Below, piece after piece: positions 24,729 through 29,681 of a stretch of DNA of 29,681 bases. A program made the translations under genes and the position numbers. Source of the DNA: Candidatus Fraserbacteria bacterium (GTDB lineage Bacteria; Bipolaricaulota; Bipolaricaulia; RBG-16-55-9; JANLFV01); NCBI GenBank assembly GCA_037446135.1, contig JBBIJD010000012.1, positions 1-29,681 on the forward strand. Reading direction: 5' to 3'. Numbering within the stretch: the stretch's first letter is position 1; each line of letters begins with the position of its first letter. The notes under the pieces were generated by a model, which worked only from the letters and a program-made list of their open reading frames with translations, was not told the DNA's origin and did not search any database.

Positions 24729-25734
24729 CGAGCCTCCGCCTTAACTCCTCCAAGATCAGCCGCTCGACCGCGGCAAGCTCGCCGTTAACGAGGCAGCCTG
24801 CGGCCTGCTCATGACCCCCGCCGCCGAAGCTCTGGGCTAGCTCATTAACTTTTAGCCCGTCCTTGGCCCGGAAGGAGACCTTCACTCGCCCACCCTCGAG
24901 CTCCTTGAAGAGGACGGCCACGGCTACCCCCTCGACCGTCCGGAGTTCATCGACCAGGTGCTCCGTCTCCTGGGGGAGGGCCCTGAGCCGAGCGAAGGTC
25001 TCCAAGGGGAGCTCGGCCCAGATGATCTTCCCCTCGAGGTGGGCGTGGAGGAGGGTATGCCCGAGGAGGCGGATCTCCCCCTCCGTCCGCCGCTCATAGA
25101 GGTTGACGATCACCTCATGGGCCCGAGCCCCCTGCTCGAGGAGGGCCGCCCCGTCTCGGAGCGCCTGGGCGTCGGTGTTGGCATTCCTGAAGGCATCGGT
25201 ATCGGCGACGAGCCCGGCATAAAGGGCGGTGGCGACCTCGGGATCGTTGAGCTTGAGGGCCGAAGCCAGCCGGAGGATGAGCTGGGCCGTGGCCGCGGCC
25301 TGCCGGAGATAATTGATCTGCCCGAAGCCCGGATTGCTGACATGGTGATCGATGTTGACGATGGGCTTCCCAGTCCGCTCGATCAGCCGCTTGACCTGCT
25401 CTCCGACCCGCTCGAAGCTGGCGCAGTCGAGGACGAACCAAACTTGCGGGTCGAACCCCTCGGGGAGGTCCCGCGGCCCCTTGATCCCCTCCGTGCCCTT
25501 GAGGAACCTCAGGCTATGCGGGACTGGATCCTGCATGATGATGGGGGCCTCTTTCCCCAGCCGGCGGAGGATCAGCCTCAGCGCCAGTGTGCTCCCGATG
25601 GCATCCCCCTCAGGGCTGAGGTGGGTGGTGAGCGCGAACCGCTCATGCTCCTTAATCAGGTCGAGGATCGTCTCCAGGGCGGGATCGCGCTTGCTACCGG
25701 GCTGGACCGGGATCGAAGCTCTCTTTCCGCTCAT
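24709..25734 (-). CDS. nrnA: DHH/DHHA1 family nanoRNase/pAp phosphatase
   Basis: H.SPEGDAIGS, LDC, IDHH, GLVADT..F, KVSFRA, GGGGH..AAG. Confidence 0.9.
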   Translation of the reverse strand: MSGKRASIPVQPGSKRDPALETILDLIKEHERFALTTHLSPEGDAIGSTLALRLILRRLGKEAPIIMQDPVPHSLRFLKGTEGIKGPRDLPEGFDPQVWFVLDCASFERVGEQVKRLIERTGKPIVNIDHHVSNPGFGQINYLRQAAATAQLILRLASALKLNDPEVATALYAGLVADTDAFRNANTDAQALRDGAALLEQGARAHEVIVNLYERRTEGEIRLLGHTLLHAHLEGKIIWAELPLETFARLRALPQETEHLVDELRTVEGVAVAVLFKELEGGRVKVSFRAKDGLKVNELAQSFGGGGHEQAAGCLVNGELAAVERLILEELRRRLDAHRSR

Positions 25735-25743
25735 AAGCTTTCC

Positions 25744-25796
25744 ATCTTAACATCGCGGTATGGCCGATTGCAACCCCTCTCCGCTAGTGCTAGAAT
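25744..25796. promoter_or_regulatory. divergent promoters sharing one palindromic -35 (nrnA / ruvB)
   Basis: TTGCAA 25768-25773. Plus: 17 nt to TG-C-TAGAAT (25791-25796). Minus: 18 nt to TG-T-TAAGAT (25749-25744). Each -10 lies 9 nt from an ATG. Confidence 0.7.
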
Positions 25797-25805
25797 CGCC
25801 TGGAG

Positions 25806-26828
25806 ATGGGGCGGGAGAAGCTCTTGCGAGCTGAGGAGCATGAGGAAGACCTCCTCCTCCGGACCCTCCGGCCGCGGAGGCTGGAGGAGTTCATTGGCCA
25901 AGAGAAGATCAAGGAGCGGCTCCGGCTCTATCTTAAGGCCGCGACGGAGAGAGGAGATGTCCTCGATCACATCCTCCTCCACGGCCCGCCCGGCTTGGGG
26001 AAGACTACCCTAGCGATGGTCACCGCCGCGGAGCTGGGGGTCAAGATCAAGATCACTTCCGGGCCGGTGATCGAGCGGCCCGGCGAACTAGCGGCGATCC
26101 TCACCGGCCTCTCCGATGGGGATGTCCTCTTCATCGACGAGATCCATCGCCTCCGGAGGAATGTCGAAGAGCTCCTCTACCCGGCGATGGAGGAGTTCAG
26201 GCTCGATATCCTGATCGGTGAGGGGCCGAACGCCCGCTCGCTCCGGATCGATCTTCCAAGGTTTACCTTGATCGGGGCCACGACCCGGACCGGGCTATTG
26301 ACCTCGCCACTGCGGGACCGGTTCGAGGTCGTCTTCCACCTCGACTTCTACTCTCCAGAGGAGCTGAAGGAGATCGTCCTCCGCGGGGCAAGGCTCTTGG
26401 GGGTGAGCCTTACGGAAGAGGGGGCGGAGGAGCTCGCTCGGCGGGCCCGGGGAGCGCCTAGGGTGGCCAACCGGCTTTTAAAGCGGGTCCGGGACTTCGC
26501 CCAGGTCCGCGGCGCGGCGGTGATCGATCGTGAGGTCGCCCGCGCGGCCCTGGAGATGCTGGAGATCGATCAAGAGGGGCTCGATGAGCTGGATCGGCTG
26601 ATCCTCAGGACGATCATCGAGAAGTTCGGGGGCGGGCCGGTCGGCCTGGAGACTTTAGCCGCGGCCTTGAGCGAGGAGAAAGACACCCTCGCCGAGGTCT
26701 ACGAGCCCTACCTCCTCAAGGAAGGGTTCCTCCAGCGGACCCCGCAGGGACGAGTAGCGACCCCGCGGGCCTACCAACACCTCGGCTATGATTACCGCGC
26801 TGAGGGGGCGGGAGAGAGGCTCCTCTAG
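25806..26828 (+). CDS. ruvB: Holliday junction branch migration helicase RuvB
   Basis: [57 protein letters not shown]. Confidence 0.98.
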   Translation: MGREKLLRAEEHEEDLLLRTLRPRRLEEFIGQEKIKERLRLYLKAATERGDVLDHILLHGPPGLGKTTLAMVTAAELGVKIKITSGPVIERPGELAAILTGLSDGDVLFIDEIHRLRRNVEELLYPAMEEFRLDILIGEGPNARSLRIDLPRFTLIGATTRTGLLTSPLRDRFEVVFHLDFYSPEELKEIVLRGARLLGVSLTEEGAEELARRARGAPRVANRLLKRVRDFAQVRGAAVIDREVARAALEMLEIDQEGLDELDRLILRTIIEKFGGGPVGLETLAAALSEEKDTLAEVYEPYLLKEGFLQRTPQGRVATPRAYQHLGYDYRAEGAGERLL

Positions 26829-27088
26829 TCTCCTTCCTGGGCTTGGGAGAGAAACTCCTCGATCTTGCGGGGGGCAACCCCCTTGAGCCGCCTTGCCAGC
26901 TTAGCGAGCTCCTCCTTCGAGACCTCCTCGTCGAGCCAGCGCTCCAAAGCGCTGATCCTGATCCGCCAGCGGCCCCCCAGCTGGACACCCGGCAGCTCGC
27001 CCGCAGCGAGCATCTCATAGATCTCGTCGAGCGGGATCCCCAGATACCTCGAGGCATCGTGGGGGGTGATGAAGCCGTCCCTGATCAT
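26825..27088 (-). CDS. HTH_17 (excisionase-like) DNA-binding protein
   Basis: T..DA..YLGI....IY..L..GELPG..LGGRWRI motif; AAGGAGGTG RBS; stop overlaps the ruvB stop at CTAG. Confidence 0.8.
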   Translation of the reverse strand: MIRDGFITPHDASRYLGIPLDEIYEMLAAGELPGVQLGGRWRIRISALERWLDEEVSKEELAKLARRLKGVAPRKIEEFLSQAQEGD

Positions 27089-27112
27089 CGATCGCCACCT
27101 CCTTGCTCGGAC

Positions 27113-29681
27113 TCACTCCCCGAAGGCCAGCTCCTGGTCGGTCGGGGAATACCTGATCGCGGCGGTGGGGAAGGCGCTGATCTTTGCCTGGAGCCAGATC
27201 CCCTCCCCATCACCGTAGAGGCCGATCTCCCAGCAATCGTGACAGAAGCCGCGCATTATGCCATACTGGAGTGCCGTGAACCGTCGCGTTTCGAAGTCAT
27301 ACTCTCCAGCGAACGAGAGCCTCCAGTCCTCCCCGAGCTGGAGCGAGGCCTCAGCGTTGAGCCGCTCGAGAAAGAGCCGGTTTGGGTCGTAGCGGAGGCC
27401 GAGCTTGAACCGCTCCAGCGCCAACTTAGCGATCAAGTCTGAGAACCTCCCGTTGCTGAAATCATAGCCGCTCGCGAGGGAGAAGGACCAACCTTCGCCC
27501 GTCAGCACCTCTTGGAAGGCCACCTCCTGGAGCTGGCCCTCATTCAGATCATAGTCGAGGTTCAGCGTGCTTCTGCTTGGGCCGAGGCGATAGCTCAGGC
27601 TCAACCTGAGCGGATCGAACTCCGCTTCCTCCAGGTCATAGCCGGTGGTAAGGCTCCCTTGGAGGCCCTCGGAGGTCCAACTTCCGCCCAGATCGAGGCG
27701 GTTCAGCCGCGTTTCGGTGTCGAAGGCGAAGGGGCTCCACCCCCGCACGAGGCGATAGCTATGGGTTAAAGAGAGGCCCAGTCCTCGCAGCGGCGACAGG
27801 TTCAAGCTCGATGAGGCCGAGAGGATCTCCATCCGCGTCGCGCCGTAAAGCGAGATCTGGTAGCTCCCGCCGGAGCGGAGCCTGAGCCTGCCTTCATGGA
27901 AAGTTATCTCTGCCAGGCCGAGGTTGAGCAGCCCGGCGAAGCGTGTCCCCTCATAAAGCGCAGCTTCATCGAGCTTCCGCTCGCGATATCGCCCGAAGCT
28001 CAGGCCGAGAGAGTAGTTGAGCGGCCCGACCTTTTGAGCGCTGTGGCTGAGGGTTAGCTCCGGCAGCCAGGCGAGGGCGCGATACTTGAGCTCCTCGCCT
28101 TCTTCGGGTATGCCCACATATTGGTCGTGGCCGAAGGCAAGGTTCCAATTCCAGCCGGAGCGCGAGCCCGAGAGATGGGCCTGATAGCCCATATGCTGGC
28201 CTTCGGCCTCCTCTTCGATCTGGCTGCGATAGTTGGCCGCGAGGTTGAGCATCACTCCTTGAGGGAGCCTCGCGCGATCGCTGAGGGCGAGCTCAAAGAG
28301 CCCCATCTCCCCGAAGATCCTGTAGAGGTGGAGCGAGCCGCTATTACCGAGCAGGTCATAGTTCAGGTCCACCCCGCCCCCGAGCTGGTGGTAGCGGTTG
28401 AAGTAGTCGAGCAAGGCAAAGCCATAATTCCGCTCATCCAGGGCGAAGGGAAGGCGCCACTTGGCGAACCAGCCCCGGGTGGCACTCCGCCCGAGCTCGG
28501 GGAGGAAGGGACCCTTCTGCTCCTCCTTCAGCGGGGCAAGGTAGAGTGGGGCCCAGAAGACCGGGAGACCGAAGGCCCAGAGGGTGATGTTCATCCCGAC
28601 CAAGAGGTCATCGTCGAAGATGAGCACCCTCTGGGCGGTGATGCAGTAGGCCTCCTTCTTGATCTCCTCGCTACAGGAGCAGGTGGTGAATGCGCCGCGG
28701 GCGATCTCTAAGCGCTCCATTTCCGCCTCTTCGGTGAAGGCGAGCTTTGCCCGCTCGCCCTCGTAGCGGAGGAGGTGCTTCTCCCCTCGAGCGTTGATGA
28801 AGCTCCCCCTCCCGCGGAAGGCCCCTAGCTCCGCAAGCCAGCGCCCCTGGCCCTCGGTCGGGAGGACGGTGATCTCCTCAGCCGTGACCCGCCCGTCGCG
28901 GTAGTCGACCTCCGCTCCCGCAGAGAGCTCGATCCGCTCCAGCTCCTGGTTTTGGCCGAAGCGGAGATGAGCCCGCCCGCCACGATATCTGAGCAGGGAG
29001 CGTGCCTCCTGATTGTCCGCTGGAACGCGCTCCTCGCCGGAGAAGTTGAGGAGCTCCGCCTCTTTCAGGGAGAGCCGGCCTGTGTCGTCCTCCTCCTCCA
29101 GCTCAGCCCGGAGCTCTTCGCCTCGGGCCGAGATCTCCTCAGTCAGGAGCTCGATCCCCTCCTTAGCCTGGAGGACCCATCTCCGCCCCTTTTCAGAGCT
29201 GGAGCGGCTCATCTCCAGCCGCCCGGCTGAAAGCGAGCTATCGCCGTATCTTACCGTCACATGGCCCTCCGCGCTGAAGGTGGCCCAGTCCTCACTCAAG
29301 GTAAGGGAATCGGCCCTGAGCTCGAGCCTCGGCCTCGTCAGCTCTAGCGGCTCTTTGGGCTGGCCGCTCGCCGGGACAGAAGAGATGAAGAGGAGTCCGA
29401 AGCAGGCGAGGACCAGGAGGCGCCAGCGGAGCCCGAGCCCGCGCCTGCGGCGGAGCCGTTCCTGGAGGTCGAGCTGGCTGACGCGGTCCATGACAGCAAA
29501 GAGGAGGAGCCCGAAGCCCCCGAAGAGGATGTTCGGTATCCAGGCCGAGAGCCCGGGGGGGATCAGCCCCCGCCGCCCGAGGGTCGAGGTCCAGACGAGC
29601 CCACCCTGGAAGAGGCCGACGAGGAAGACCCCGAGCACGATCCCCGCGGCCCGGCTCCTGGTGGAGAAGATCAGGCTCAAC
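27113..29681 (-). CDS. 3' part of a putative LptF/LptG permease::LptD/OstA-like fusion; starts outside the window
   Basis: First ~62 aa resemble the last TM helices of LptF/G (LGRRGLIPPGLSAWIPNILF). Then a signal-like segment, OstA-like beta-jellyroll (LRADSL, AEGHVTVRY), FTTC, G.PVFW.P, P..G.S..RGW, alternating beta-strands and a late C.DCW motif as in LptD-like proteins. Confidence 0.7.
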   Translation of the reverse strand, partial: LSLIFSTRSRAAGIVLGVFLVGLFQGGLVWTSTLGRRGLIPPGLSAWIPNILFGGFGLLLFAVMDRVSQLDLQERLRRRRGLGLRWRLLVLACFGLLFISSVPASGQPKEPLELTRPRLELRADSLTLSEDWATFSAEGHVTVRYGDSSLSAGRLEMSRSSSEKGRRWVLQAKEGIELLTEEISARGEELRAELEEEDDTGRLSLKEAELLNFSGEERVPADNQEARSLLRYRGGRAHLRFGQNQELERIELSAGAEVDYRDGRVTAEEITVLPTEGQGRWLAELGAFRGRGSFINARGEKHLLRYEGERAKLAFTEEAEMERLEIARGAFTTCSCSEEIKKEAYCITAQRVLIFDDDLLVGMNITLWAFGLPVFWAPLYLAPLKEEQKGPFLPELGRSATRGWFAKWRLPFALDERNYGFALLDYFNRYHQLGGGVDLNYDLLGNSGSLHLYRIFGEMGLFELALSDRARLPQGVMLNLAANYRSQIEEEAEGQHMGYQAHLSGSRSGWNWNLAFGHDQYVGIPEEGEELKYRALAWLPELTLSHSAQKVGPLNYSLGLSFGRYRERKLDEAALYEGTRFAGLLNLGLAEITFHEGRLRLRSGGSYQISLYGATRMEILSASSSLNLSPLRGLGLSLTHSYRLVRGWSPFAFDTETRLNRLDLGGSWTSEGLQGSLTTGYDLEEAEFDPLRLSLSYRLGPSRSTLNLDYDLNEGQLQEVAFQEVLTGEGWSFSLASGYDFSNGRFSDLIAKLALERFKLGLRYDPNRLFLERLNAEASLQLGEDWRLSFAGEYDFETRRFTALQYGIMRGFCHDCWEIGLYGDGEGIWLQAKISAFPTAAIRYSPTDQELAFGE

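Noticed and set aside
26825..27088. Prophage or integrative element marked by an excisionase
   Set aside because: No integrase, att repeats, tRNA or phage genes nearby; flanked by housekeeping genes.

Overview
GC-rich bacterial chromosomal window; gene content and style suggest a thermophilic diderm such as Ca. Acetothermia/Bipolaricaulota (inference only). (1) Accessory block, 1-3400, minus strand: a partial DUF433 gene, a frameshifted membrane-anchored ORF, a clan-AA aspartic-protease-like gene and a beta-helix/BNR-propeller lipoprotein. The last three are each followed by a copy of the same ~60-bp hairpin-containing repeat. Upstream is a ~650-nt leader with a near-consensus sigma70 promoter, a c-di-GMP-I (GEMM) riboswitch, two terminators and a convergent promoter driving a rod-like putative sRNA. 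(2) mutS2. (3) An ACP-less acyl-CoA cluster (FabG-like SDR, two acyl-CoA ligases, alpha/beta hydrolase, KAS-III-like enzyme with a non-canonical triad, thiolase plus DUF35), followed by a LivHMGF(K)-type ABC importer. (4) Housekeeping genes dnaX-ybaB-recR, nrnA-ribF-tsaB-etfB-etfA-rpmB and ruvB. (5) An HTH_17 gene and the 3' part of an apparent LptF/G-permease::LptD-like fusion with an internal signal-peptide-like segment. Several ORF-track starts were corrected using RBS and promoter evidence. All family calls come from motif recognition by eye; no database searches were run.
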